NCBI RefSeq assembly: GCF_009834535.1
Contig: NC_045696.1
Location: 52,144,001 to 52,208,000 of the forward strand
DNA length: 64,000 nt
From: Camelus ferus
Lineage: Eukaryota
Direction: 5' to 3'
In this document: one piece after another, positions 39,303 to 52,294 of the stretch
Layout: every line of letters starts with the position of its first letter
Numbering within the stretch: position 1 is the first letter of the stretch
Program-made: the position numbers and the translations under genes
The notes under the pieces: model-generated
Seen by the model: only the letters and a program-made list of their open reading frames with translations
Told to the model about the DNA's origin: nothing
Databases searched by the model: none

Positions 39303-40110
39303 TATTTTTTCCAGTTTTATTGAGATATAATTAACGTACAGCACTGGATAAGTTTAAGGTGTACAACATAATTATTTGACTTACATACATCATGAAATGA
39401 TGACCATAACAGTTTTGGTGAACACCCATTGTCTCATATATATAAAATGTATACATATACAACATTAATGAAGTAGGAAAAAAACTAATTTTTTTCCTTG
39501 TGGAAAGAACTATTAAGATTTACTCTCCTAACGACTTTTATTCATAATGAATAGCACTGTTAATTGTCTTTACCACATGTACATTACATCCCGACTTTTA
39601 TTCATAATGAATAGCACTGTTAATTGTCTTTACCACATGTACATTACATCCCTAGCACTTATTTATCTTATAAGTGGAAGTTTGTACCTTTTGACTACCT
39701 TCATCCAATTCCTCCTCCCCCTACCCCTATCCACCTCTGGCAATCAGAAATCTAATCTCATTTTCTATGAGTTTATTTTTGAAGTATAATTGACCTACAA
39801 TACTATGTTAGTTCCTGGTACATACCATAGTGATTCAATAGTTCTATACATTTCAAAATGATCACCATGATAAGTCTAGTTGTCATTATCTTACAAAGAT
39901 ATTACATAATTATTGACTCTATTCCCCACCGTGCATATTTCATACCTGTGACTTATTTATTTTGTAACTGAAAGTTTGTACCTCTTAATCTCCCTCACCT
40001 ATTTCTCTCCTCCCTCTCATTCCCCTTCCATCTGGCAACCACCTGTTTGTTCTCTGTATCCATAACTCTATTTCTGTTTGGTTATGTTTATTCATTTGTT
40101 TTGTGTTTTA
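39303..40110 (-). mobile_element. Cetartiodactyl-type L1 3' UTR containing a perfect 60-bp tandem duplication
   Basis: ttccagttttattgagatataatt...aagtttgtacct...ctggcaaccacctgtttgttctctgtatc; degenerate flanks cacttatttt / cactaatttt. Confidence 0.85.
39532..39651. repeat. Perfect 2 x 60-bp tandem duplication
   Basis: 39532-39591 is identical to 39592-39651. Confidence 0.95.
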
Positions 40111-41859
40111 CAACACACTAATTTTAAGTGATGGTGACTTTTCTGAGTCTGGAGAAAAGTAGATCGTTTGAATTGTAAAAGTAGACCTTTCTGATGACAG
40201 AACAACAAGGATAATGGCATTATCCGTTTAACAGATCTCCTCAGTTTGTACAGCAGAAAGTGTGGAAATATATTTATTTTAATAGGGATTCATGTTTGGA
40301 TATTGACTCAAATGCACTCATTTTACAAAAGTTTTTAAACAAAATTCACATTATAGGACATCATTGAAAAGAACAGCTTCATTACACAGAAACTTTAGTT
40401 ATTAGGTCTTTAGTATTTAGTATTGTTTTTAATTTTGCATAAGTGTAATTTTTATAAACTTTCTATGTGTGTATGTATACGTTTATGTTATTTATATGAA
40501 ATATTGGAAAAATATTTTTTTCTGTAACCTTGTTAGAGAAAGATAGTGTTTTTTCAGTAAGGTTGCTTTTGTCTTTGCTGTTAAATTTCATAGGTTTAAG
40601 CCTAATTTCAATGAGAAATCGTGATGATTATATCTGAAATTCAAACACCAAGTTCTTTATACTCATGCAAGTTATTATCTTAGGAAAAAACAGTTAAGTA
40701 TTTCCCTTACTTACTCTAAATTAAAGGTGGCATTCCAAATATATGAAGAAAAATAAAAGAGCACATACATGTAAGGTTGACTTTTGTCACAAGATAAAAG
40801 TTGACCATTAATGTAAAGTACAGACTATAGAAATAACTAAGGGATGAAAAACTTGTAGTCCATGACTGCATCTTGCCCTTTTATTCATCTAACACTTTGT
40901 AAAAATTTAAATTAGGTTCTACAACCAATAGGACATCCGACCATACAGGGTTATACTATAGCAATATAGTTCTATCTCATTGTAGTGTTAAAAGAAGCTT
41001 CCATTTAACAGAAGGGAAGTCTTTCATTTATAATAAGACTATTTGATGTAGAATCAATCCACCCAAAATAATTATTTCAATAAATATTTTAAAAGCCTTA
41101 CTAAATGAACATAAATGGAAGAGTATGCGTGTGTGTATGTGCACACAGAGAAACATTAATATATATTATACACACAATATATGTTTATTTAAAGCAGGAG
41201 ATGAATAAACATAAAGAAGCAAAACAGATTTATGTATAAGGCAGAAGAGAGAAAATAGTGAGTCTAGGACAATGAAGTCTGTAGATTTCATCTTTTCTTT
41301 CTCAGCCTCAAAAAGACAATCAAATATTTTAAAAAGCAAAAGGAAAAAAAGAAAGTATTTCTTCACTGAATTACTTTCAAGATTCCTTTACTCAAAGTTA
41401 AAAACTGTGGCTGCCATCAACTATTTGGGTCATTAATTTATCTAAATCTGTCTAGACCAGACTACCATGTTTCTCATTATATGTCTCTGAATTCATTACC
41501 ATTTGCAAGGATCTGAAACCTTTGTCACTGAAACCAATTTCATAGGATTTAACAAAACATTTTGAAGGGCTTTTTATATACAAAGGCTAAATTGACTTTG
41601 CTGATTAACTGTTATTGGTTTTATTTTGGGTAATCCATAGATGTAGCATAACCATGTTCACACACATATTGATGTTAAAACTATATTTGTCTAAGCCATA
41701 AAACACTAAAGACAGTGTATTACATGAGACCCTGGGTACTTCAGGCAGCTGAAGACATTTGACTTTCAGCAATTTACTTCAAAATTCATTTTAGAAAGTG
41801 CAACAAATCTTAGTGCAGAGTTGTGTTGCTCAGGAATGTCTTGCTCTTTAACTCTTACA

Positions 41860-42225
41860 CAAAGGAGCAAGTACTTCATTTCCAGTCATGTTGTCTGCAT
41901 TTTGTACACACAATTTTAAAATCCTTTTCTGTCAGCTGGGCTGCTCTGCATTGGCGTCCCCTAAATTTTTGTTTTAGCTATTTTTGTTGAGATATTTTAT
42001 TTCTTTTCTAATTATTTCTAACTCCTCTCTGCATTTTTTTTTATTAGCTCAGTTTTTCCTTTCATTGCTTTATTGCCACATCTTCAGAACTCTCTGTCTG
42101 ACCAGAAGTTTCTCTGCAGTTTTATATAACCACATTGATTCTTCTTGTCGCTTTTGGATGCCTAGACCTTGGTAGGAAGAGACTGCACTTTGTTCCATAA
42201 ATGTTCCTCAAATATCTTCCACCTG
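41860..42225 (-). mobile_element. Probable CR1/L3 ORF2 relic (EN-RT linker)
   Basis: Across frameshifts the minus strand reads WKIFEEHL...KK..MWL...KMWQ...KKCREE...KGF, resembling the CR1 linker W..FK..L...KKP.WL...CR..IRKAK...K.FF. Confidence 0.4.
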
Positions 42226-45059
42226 CATGTAGTATATATCCAGACTTTATTTCACATTCCTCCAAATCCCCTTTCCATCCTCAGTCCATTAATTTTGTAA
42301 TGTAACTATTATATGAAACAAATGTTCCTAGGCACACTGCAGACTAAAAAAAATGAATAGGGTGCTCACATATCCTCTAATTTTCTGTGGGTGTAATATT
42401 AACGTTGAGAACATTTCAGTTTCTAATAAGTCTGTAACTTGTTTTTACTGTATGTACAGCATGAATATTTGAGTTTTGAAAAACTAAAAAACAGGGCATG
42501 CACTAAATACTTCAGGGAACCCCACATTAGATAATTCAATTCACTAAATCCTAGGCAATTCTCAGCCTTCATTGTGTGTAAAATAAAGAAATTTTTTTGG
42601 TGCATCATAATTCTCTTTTTAAAATACAATCCTTGAATATGATCACTAATGATACACCAACAAACTATTTAAGTTCCAAATTAATCTATTTCAAATTGTT
42701 TTCTCTGTCAAGAAGAAGGACAGATTTTACCTTTCTTAAATAGATAAAGGTAAAAAAAATTGGGAGAAAATATATTTTTATTTCTTTATGGTGGTACTTA
42801 CAAAATACTTAGTCAGAGAAGGTGAAGTATAAATGAGTAAACTGCTTACGTCCAAACTAACTACAATTTGACTTCAGCTCAAAGGATGAAAATCATACAG
42901 TTTGGAGGGGAGAAAAGTTAACACAATACTAAAATTGTCAAGCAACTTCTAAACTAGATCAATTGCCTTCATAATATTCTCAGAACAAAATGTTCTCTAA
43001 GAGCAGATCTGTTATGAAGAGCCAAAAAATGGAAAACATTCACTATCAATTTACTGCAGTCACCCATAAACTATTACAAGAACATTATGTATCGGGGTTC
43101 AAGCCAGCAAGCTATTAAAGCAGACTGCTCTAGTGTCTTTTCATTTTACTTTAATGCTACTGAAGCATTAATAAGTCCTCGGAGAATTACAGTTATACTG
43201 AAACAGTCTTATCATGTAATCAATTTTTCAAATAATCCAAGTCTCTTAAGGTGAGCTCTGTTACTTTTCTGTTCCTTGTTGGTCAAAGTCATTCCACCTT
43301 CACAAATGCCATCATCATTTTTTGTGTGTCTGGTCCAAGTCATGCTTTCATCTTGGAAATATATCAGTCTAAATCGTGCTAATTGCCATATTTAATGAGT
43401 GCCAAGACATCGAGCACCCTTGGCCCCATTGCCACTTTATGTGCTTCTGCTCATGTAGAGATCAAAGAACAAAAGATGGAAAGAATCATCTTCAAAAAAT
43501 AAGAAGATGCCACATATACACCTGTTTTCGTCGTTTTGCTTGTTTGATTGAGAGCATAAGTAATCCTGCTGAAATTACTTTCCTTTATAGTCTCTGGTTA
43601 ATTTTAACTTGTTTAAATTTTTTAACTCAAATTTCTTTTCTTATTTAAAGGATAGTAACAATACTCTGTCAGAACATGATTAACCCAATGAACTGATACT
43701 TTTAATTCACTATCCGTTGTTTTCCCTTGGTAGAATAAATTCCAAGCAATTGAGGCATCTGTCAATCTATTGTACTAATGGAAAATATTAGTGCATATAA
43801 ACTTCCTACAAAATAAGAAAATCTCAGTAACTTTAGTGGATACAAATCAGCAATGATTCAGTTTGTAATTGAAACAGTGGGAAAAAAGATGCAGGTTTAG
43901 ATTTGAAATAAGCCATTTGAAAAAGCATAAATCTCAGCTAACTAGATATTTCTTGCCAACACAAAATTAACTAATTTAGTAGTATTACCTGAAAGTAAAT
44001 ATTCATATATTTCTGTGATTATTTAATATGTTTATGTGTGTGAGTATATGTGTAAATGTGTGTATGTGTAAATATACATATCTATCTCAATTAGGCTGTA
44101 AGATCCATGGGACATACTTCTTTTCATCACCAATGTACCTGCAGATTCCAGCATAATGCCTATAAACATAGCATTTACTCAACATATATTTGTTGAAGAA
44201 GTTGTAAGTAGGTGATAACATGAATGCAGTAGTACACAACTTAAAATTTTAAAATTCTTAAGATACAATAAATCCTAGGAAAGCATTAGTGATAACTTAT
44301 TTCCTCAATAGATAGTTCAATTCACATCTCTCTGTGATAGCGTATTTTTCTCTTTTTCTTGGCCTATTGCAATGAAGTTTACCACCTTAAGTATTAATTT
44401 ATACTATAAACTTTTCCAGAAGAGATTTACTGGCAACTCAGTCCAATATAACTTTATCAACCCTATCATATAATAATGAAACTATGCTTCTTTAGTTGTG
44501 CACAAATCATACCTTATTTTTATCTCAGAATTCTTGTTAATTAGCTGATCTAGAGTATCCCTGTATTATGTTTCTTATATAACTCTCTTATGTAATTATT
44601 CACATTCTAATCAAACTTACATTAAAATAATAAGCAATGATTTCTATCTGCAACAGTGTATAGGGCATCTGAGACCTATTACACAGCAGGTAAATAAGCA
44701 TAGCTCTAGCTAAACTTCTCCCCATTCCTTCCATGTTATCTTCCTCACAAAAGAACTACAAGAATTGATGTCATTGAAACAGCCAATAAGGTTTTCATTG
44801 AAATTTTTTCCTCAGACTCCTATAAAGTGACAGCAACTTTATAAGTGAGGCCAAACAATAAAGGGCTGGTTTGTTTTGTCTTGTTCTGTTCTATTTTGTT
44901 TCACCAGACTTCTTGATAAGATGCTTAAACCAGTGTTTTAATGAGAAATGTTTTAATCCTCAAATGAAAAATAAAAATTAAAGAGACAAAAAGCAAAAAC
45001 ACACTGAAAACCATTCTTTGATAAACAGACGCTGAATTTTAGAGCTACCTCTCAAAGTT

Positions 45060-45175
45060 AACACTAGAGTATAAGCTCTATGAGAGCACTCTTTCAGTTC
45101 ACTGCAGTATCTGTAGTACCTAGGGAACTGTGTGATTCACAGTAAAACCTCTATAAATGTGTATTGAATGGAATT
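45060..45175 (+). mobile_element. L2 3' end
   Basis: cactagagtataagctctatgagagca...ataaatgtgtattgaatggaat. Confidence 0.65.
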
Positions 45176-45394
45176 AATTTGCATACGTACTTTAATGACA
45201 AAAACACAACAGACCAAGGCTAAATGAGACAAACAGTTTGAAACTACAAATGCTGGGTATTCTGACTAGATAAAGTTGTAAAGTAGGCTACAGATAAATC
45301 AGGGTGATAATCTATTTAAAGAAAGCCAACAAAGAGAATTTCTCTAGAAACCTCTTTTCAGGACCAAGAAAGAACTTCAAAAACTGTATCTGAA

Positions 45395-45580
45395 GTTGAT
45401 ATTTTTATGAATGAAATTTTATGATATCTTGGATTTCCTACTTCAGAATAATTGGGTGTGGATGTGGTTTATTCACCATTTATTGATATTGTAGCTATGT
45501 GATGGACACATAAAGATTTATTATATCATACTCTCTTCTTTTGTGTAAAATTAAGATTTTCCATAATAAAATTTTTAAAG
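45395..45580 (+). mobile_element. L1ME-like 3' tip
   Basis: atgatatcttggatttcctacttcagaataat...ttttccataataaaatttttaaa. Confidence 0.5.
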
Positions 45581-46369
45581 TGAGACTATATACATATACA
45601 TTACATATTTTATTATTTTCAAAATAAAATTTAAAAACTTTGCAGCCTTCTGACAGACCTTTTCTCACCTACTCCCTCCTAAAATATTACTAGCAATAAT
45701 TAATAAAAGGAAGGGACATAACTTTCTTCCATAATTTTAGGAAAGTGGCAGCCACAAAAAGAGAGACAAGTGATACAACTCCTAATTTGCAACATTCTCT
45801 CCTGCCACAAATAGTTTTAAAAAACTGAATGGGCAAATCCTGAAACAAACTTCATTAAAAGCCTCCAATTTAGAAAAAAATAGTACTGAGAAGTGCGACA
45901 ACCTTAAGATAGAAGTAGGGATATTAAAAAAAAAAAAAAAAAAGACAAGACTAGAAAGCCCTATAAACTTCCGTAGCTTGGAAAGGTAAATGGTCAATGC
46001 TCATCAATTTGTTTTTTCTTTACTGAGAGGAAAGTAGACAATGGAAGGCAAAACTATAATAGTTTCTCAAAAGTAATTACCTTTGGTAATTAGTAGAATG
46101 TAAAGCAAAAGGGAAAAATAAATAATACATAGTTCTCAGAGGAAAGAAGAAGCAGAAAAATAAATAATATATAGTCCTCTGAGAAAAGAGGAGGCTGGAG
46201 CTCAAACAAAAGTTCACAAGACAAGTCAATGCATTTGGATTCACGCAGGGTGGGAAGAGCATCAAGGAGTTTTTACCCACACAATTTTCAGGCATACAGA
46301 TTAAGGGCTTTATAGTAATTTGTACATTTCATATTAAATGAAATAAATTATATAAAAAATAGTACAGAA

Positions 46370-46760
46370 AAAATGTATGCAACATGAAAAAAATATATCT
46401 GAAGAATGCATTCCAGAAGAAAATCTAACCCAAGAAACAAACAAAAAAATTCAAGAAAAACACAGATAACCCAATAGAAAAATGATCAAAGGATATGAAA
46501 ACCTTGTTCACAGAAGAAATATATAAATGTCCAAGAAACATGAAAAGATGTTTAATTTTATATATACACATACAATTTTCCCTTATCAGATTGACAGACT
46601 TCTTAAAATTGGATAATATTTAGGGTTGGTGACCCCATAAGAAACAGATATTACACATGGTGGGTTGGAGAGTATATTTTTTTGGAAGGCAACTTAGAAA
46701 TAAACTCTCAAATTTTTAAACTTAGGGTAAATTCCACTAGCAGAAATTTATATTATTTTT
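46370..46760 (+). mobile_element. Old L1 ORF2-end fragment
   Basis: aacccaatagaaaaatgatcaaaggatatgaa...ttcacagaagaaatatataaatgtccaagaaacatgaaaagatgttt. Confidence 0.65.
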
Positions 46761-47279
46761 ATAACTTTGTTTAGACTTTGCCTCCTGTACTCTTACGCAC
46801 TGATGTATCCCCTACCAAAAAAAAAATCTTTATCGTCACATAAATTGGGGACAAGAGGAAAAATTAGTTGTTTCTAATACCAAAGAGATAAAAAATTACA
46901 GAAATGAATTTCAGTTTTAATCCATGTTCTCTCATTAAGTTGTCTTTATACTAGATATTCATCTCCTCCCTCTAGGACTATTTGTTCACATATAAGATCA
47001 ATATTTGGGATTTTTAGAATGTTCAAGTAAACTTCAGCCTCTTAAATGAAGTTTAGTGTAACTGATGAAGAAGTATTCTTTGTATTTTATCTACTTATTA
47101 TCAGGAACATTTTCATGGTTATCTTTCTAATATTGGTGTGGTACTGATAGACAGATTTTCTCCGATAGAGAAATACACTCCCTCTTAGCCCTGCCTTTAA
47201 ATAGAATAACATATCTACAGGGCGACTGTAGGGGAATAAAAGAAAGGGCTTAAACATAAGGTTCTTTCAGGCCATCTTG

Positions 47280-48250
47280 GTGGGTGATAGTGTCATTTAA
47301 AGAGATGGGAAAGACAGGAGAAATATGGCATTTTAGAGTGAAGATAAAATCTGCAGTTGAAACATGTTACATTTGAAGTGCCTGTAGAGCATTTAGCTGA
47401 AGCTATCCAGCCACCAGCTGTGTGTATAAGTCTGGAGAGAGACAGAAGTGGTGAGATATGTGCAGGAGCTACAGATCTGAGAGTCATAAAAACAATGATG
47501 AATCAAATTTAAGATATGAATATAGTCACCCAAGAAGAGGTGTGGTGTGATAGCAAGAGAGGCAAAAAGAAAGAGGAGGAAGGAGAGAAGGGAGAAAAAG
47601 GACGAAGAGGAGAAAAAAGAAAAGGGAGAGGAAGAAAAGAGGAGGAGAAAGAAGAAAAAGAATAGAAAAAAGAAGGAGAAGGAGAAGAAAGGGGGAGGGG
47701 ATGAAGAAGAAGAAACACAGGGCAGGAAGAAGAAGTCTGCAAAGGAAACTTAAGAGAAGCCAGAGAAAGTCAGGAGAAAATCAAAGAGCATCATGAAAGC
47801 AATGAGAGGACAGAGTTTCAAAAGAAAGGAGCTGTTAAAAATGTTAAAAACATCCAACATATGAAGTCAGATCAAGACTGAATATATTCTATTTGATTTG
47901 ACAATTTTATGATTTTTTATCTCAGTGGGAATAATTTAAATTACATTCTAAGGACAAAAATCAGTTTTCAGTGGACGGTAGAGACAATGAAAGGTGAAGA
48001 AGTAAAAATTCCTTCCTGAAGTTTTGAACAGAAATGAGAGAGAAGAAAGTGGTAATAGTAAAACTTCAAAAAAAAGGATCTTCTTTCTTTCTTTTATTTT
48101 ATTTCTTTTTGTTGTTGGTGGGTTGTTTTTTTTTTTTTTTTTTTTTGTATATTTGATGGAAGACACTTGCATGGGTTTTATGCTAAGAAGTAAACGTTGA
48201 GTATATAGCTGAGAAAAAGGGGTAAGTAGTAGAACAAACTTCAAGTATTG
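47280..48250 (-). mobile_element. L2 fragment with an internal purine-rich low-complexity expansion (~47555-47735)
   Basis: tttgaagtgcctgtagagcat...gagctacagatctgagagtcat...gagtttcaaaagaaaggagctgttaaaaatg are antisense L2 landmarks. Confidence 0.65.
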
Positions 48251-49005
48251 AATAAGTATTTACTCTACAGTTAATCGTGAGTTAGCAGAGTCCAGGGGAT
48301 AAAAGTGTAATGACATTCAGAACACACATAGTACACTTTATTTAAAATATTCTTTAATTCCCTTTTCTTTCCTTCTCTTTCTTTTCCTTTTCTTCGTCTT
48401 TTTTTTTTTTTTAATTTCAAAAATTGGTATCCCCACATTATTCAAAACTGGTAGGCATTATTTGGTAAATTAAATTATGAAACACATATTGGAAAACATC
48501 TTAAGAAGAAGTCATAAATTATATTTCACTTGGTTTTATCAATAAATATTTTTTCAGAGGAATCAAGAAAAAATAAAATACATTTCAGAATTTCATTTAA
48601 AACAGTAAACATTATGATGTGAATATAGTAATCGAAAGAACAGAATTGACACAATGAAAAATGGAAACAAATATAGATGGAAATATTTTGCAGGAAAACT
48701 CCAAATACTTCTACTCTCATCATTAAGTTTACTAAAAATCTAAAAGTCTGAACTAAAAAGAAGTTTTCTGATCACACTGTATTAATTCAGGAAAAAAAGT
48801 TACCTTATTTGAGACTTTAAATAAAAACAAACAATAAAATTAGGTTAAATTGCAAAGATTTCAGGTGAATATAAGGGCACAAATAGGAGAAACTTGGAAT
48901 GTATTAATGCCCAAAACTCAAAATATAAATTTGAGGCTATTAACGCATTAAGAATTAGATGGGTTGTCTTGAAAAGTACTTAGTTCCTTGAACTTGGTAA
49001 CGTAC

Positions 49006-49196
49006 AAGTACGGTCTCCATGACCACTTGCTGGAGGGGTCTGCAGAGGAGGATCAGGCTCCAAGGGGTGATGGGAATAGACGGGGTTTAAGGTGGCCTCA
49101 GTTCAATGGCACCATGATTTATAGTTCTTTCAGATGTTTTGTAAAACATAAATCCACAATATATTTTGAGTTGGCCAAGTAGGAAGATAATATGTT
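49006..49196 (-). other. Candidate non-coding 5'UTR/lncRNA exon, 191 nt (host possibly ZBTB20; unverified)
   Basis: Minus-strand acceptor ttttatttcctttgaatattattccttgctcag| and donor ctt|gtacgt. Richer in GC and CpG than its flanks, stops in all frames, three ATGs. The gene guess rests on remembered gene architecture only. Confidence 0.5.
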
Positions 49197-49387
49197 CTGA
49201 GCAAGGAATAATATTCAAAGGAAATAAAATAGGTGCCATCATTTTATATATTCCAAACTTTGCTAAAGGACAATAAAAATACCCACAGTGGTAAAGAATA
49301 CAATATACATTGCCAAAAGGATAAATTTTATGACTATACCTAATTAATATGAAAATACATTAGAGTTGAGAATGTATCTATGCATAT

Positions 49388-50012
49388 ATTTATTTAGTTA
49401 TTTATTCATCTAGTAAATATTTACTGAGTGTCTACATTTCTGGACACTGTACAAAGGTTAACAAATAAAATATTTCTGTCCTCACAGAGATTTTGGTGTA
49501 CTATGGGGAAAGGGGAAGCAGATGGTAAACAAACAAAATAACTAACTACAAATTAAGAAGATCCTCTGACAATAACTAACAAGGATCCAGCCAAGGGAAA
49601 ACAAGTGATTGTTTTAAAAAGTGGTATTTTAGTTAAAACTTCAAAGATGAGAAGCATCCAATGATGCAGAAAGCCAAGGCAGGAACAGCATATATGGATG
49701 CTCCAAAGAAGAAAAGCACTTGATATTGACTAGAAACAGAAAGGACATCGATGTGGCTAGAATGTTGTAAGCTAAAAAGAATATATTTGAGATGAGGATC
49801 AAGAGAAATGGAGAGACAGACCTTCCAGAATTTTACTCAAGTAAAATGGGAAGCCACTGAAGCATGACATAATCCAAGAATAATCCTGCTTCTCATGAAG
49901 AACTAATTGGAGGCAGCAAGGCAGTTAGTAAGGAGACCAGTTAGGAGATAAATCCAATGGTCCAAGATCATGGTAACCTCTACTAAGAAGATAGCAGTGG
50001 AGGGAAGTAGAC
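49388..50012 (-). mobile_element. L2a 3' region
   Basis: tttattcatctagtaaatatttactgagtgtctac...gggaagccactgaag...ggagaccagttaggag. Confidence 0.75.
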
Positions 50013-50362
50013 AGAGATTTCTAGTAAAGGCCTGAATCACCTTAGTTGTTTTCTTATTCTCTTTGGTCCTCAATTTAACCTTCTATAAACTCAAGTTAAT
50101 TATATTAATGTAAAGATGTTCAGAGCATCATTGTGAGACAATACGTAAGTACCTGGTATAAAGGAAGTTGCAGTAAATCTCAGTTCTTTAGGAATAGTTA
50201 TTTAAAAATAATATTCACTCCAAGTTCAAAATAGTGATAGCAAATAAATATCCAGTAAGATAAGAACTTTTTGGTTTTCAAATATGTATATCATTCCTGA
50301 GATAATAAAGAAAAACATTTAGATTTTTGATTTATAAAATATTTAGTGTTATACAAAAGTTT

Positions 50363-50418
<56 letters not shown>
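50363..50418. repeat. Compound (TA)n(GA)n microsatellite
   Basis: Directly visible. Confidence 0.95.
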
Positions 50419-50422
<4 letters not shown>

Positions 50423-50642
50423 CAATGCCCCATTGATTACAATCAAAAATAAATCAAAAAGGTGAAACTTTCTATTCAAATTAGTTTCTACCACATTGAA
50501 ACAAGTATTTTTTTAAATTATTAATTTAAAAGTGAAGAATTAAAAAATTCTTCAGAATAAAATCCCTATCCCTAGAAATGGGCCTACTGGCTTGAATGCA
50601 GTGACTGCTCACTTTTCCTCTGTCTCTGCTTCTCCTCCATCA

Positions 50643-50677
50643 ACACACACACACACACACACACACATACACACACA
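50643..50677. repeat. (CA)n microsatellite
   Basis: Directly visible, with one interruption. Confidence 0.9.
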
Positions 50678-51262
50678 GCTTTTAGCACCTATTTAACATT
50701 TGAAAAGAAATAGCTGACATGATAGAAGAGGGATGTGTAAATTTGTTGTATGGGCTCTATATAATTGAACATTCTTTGAATTCTTTAAGCAGAAATTTCA
50801 GTACCATGGAGATCCGGGAAATGAAGACAGATAAATGTGACAAACAATAGCCAAATTTTTCTTGCCAGAAATTTAGAGAGATCTTCCATGAAAATGATAA
50901 ATAAATAAAAATCTCACTTTGAAGTTATATTTTAACGTGTCCCTCAGTTCAAGAAATATTATACCCTTTAAAATAGAACAAAAGAAAAATTGGTCGTGTT
51001 CAGTGTAGGAAGAATACCCAGAATCGTCATCTCTGAATAAAGAAAGAAATGCGCCCAAGGAAGCAGACTACCACAAATGAAAGACCCTCTTGTTTTTGTC
51101 TTTCCTTTGTTCTTGTATAAAACTGAAAAAAAAAAAAAAAAAAGGCACAAACTCTAGGACTTACTGCACTAGACAGAACCTTGTTTCCAAGAGTTGTGCC
51201 AAATCTTGCAGTATAAATCCCCAAATAGCTATCTGCTAATAAAATCTATGTACCTGCTACGT

Positions 51263-51508
51263 GAAAAAGAAAAGAAAGGGAAAGGAAAGGAAAGGAAAGG
51301 AAAAAGGAAAAGGGAAAGAAAAGGGAAAGGGAAGGGAAAGAAAAGGGAAAGGGAAGGGAAGGAAAAGGAAAGGAAATGAAAGGAAAGGACAAGGGAAAGG
51401 GAAAGGACAAGGGAAAGGGAAGGGAAGGGAAGGAATAAGAAGAAAAGAAAGAAAAAAAGGAAAGAAAGAAGGAAGGAAGAAAGGTAGGAAGGGAAGAAGG
51501 AAGAGAAA
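51263..51508. repeat. Polypurine (GGAAA/GGGAA/GAAG)n tract
   Basis: About 245 bp, almost all A/G on the + strand. Confidence 0.95.
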
Positions 51509-52294
51509 CAAACATAATGAGTGTAAGACTTGATCATTGAATACTTCTATATTATTCAGTGTTCAGTTCTGCATATACAGAGATAATAGGTAAGGTGTTT
51601 TTAAAGTCATTTTCAACCACAGTAATTTAGTATATATAGACATTGTTCCTTACTCTTTTTAGGACTAACCCCAAACTCTTGCAGATATAAAGTTTTCAAT
51701 AATTCCATTCTCTTTTTACTTCTTTCTTTCCTTTTTAATTTTACTTCTTGCTCATTTTATTTCTTTGTACTACATCTAACCTTTACTCCCCCTCCCCCTT
51801 TCTCCCTTTTCTGTCTCTTCTTCCTGATTTTTGTGTTACACTGCTGGTGGACACGGCAGGGGTTGGGGGGAGGTATGCTAAAATAAAGCAAATATTCTTT
51901 TCAATCAGAACATTACTAAACAGTACTTACAGGCATTGCTAGTTCAATCACGCAAGTTCAGTTAAGATTTTTAATGATAATTCCAAGTTATATTTCCTTC
52001 CTGAATCAAATATTAAATGACTACTAATTTGGAGAGAAATACATGTTATTTAATTATTTTTAAGAGAACTAGTTATTTATATGTGTTATCTACATCCTAT
52101 TTCCCAGCTCTTCTACAGTCTAGTTTGTAGTACACAGAAAGTTTCTGTAGCTCTCTACTTCTCATAGGACTAAATCAGAGTTCTACTCTTGGCAGAAGGC
52201 AAAGTTGATCCAGGTAAAAAAATTGATCTAATGTTTGTCTTCAGACTCCCTTTTTCTCCCTTGTAATAAGTCTCATCTCCTAAGTTCCCCTTTT

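Noticed and set aside
39547..39789. ORF with the duplicated peptide MNSTVNCLYHMYITS
   Set aside because: Produced by the 60-bp tandem duplication in an antisense L1 3' UTR.
40773..40806. Hairpin ggttgacttttgtc-acaa-gataaaagttgacc as a pre-miRNA
   Set aside because: Too short, and no known mature miRNA recognised. Similar short inverted repeats at ~8847-8871 and ~42725-42755 are compatible with chance in AT-rich DNA.
43210..43400. Minus-strand open stretch FRLIYFQDESMTWTRHTKNDDG...
   Set aside because: No recognisable protein family and no clear acceptor/donor pair.
47509..47753. K/E/R-rich and S/F/L-rich ORFs
   Set aside because: Translations of a purine-rich low-complexity expansion inside an L2.
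51194..51537. Five overlapping ORFs with KG/FP repeats
   Set aside because: Artefact of a stop-free GGAAA-type simple repeat.
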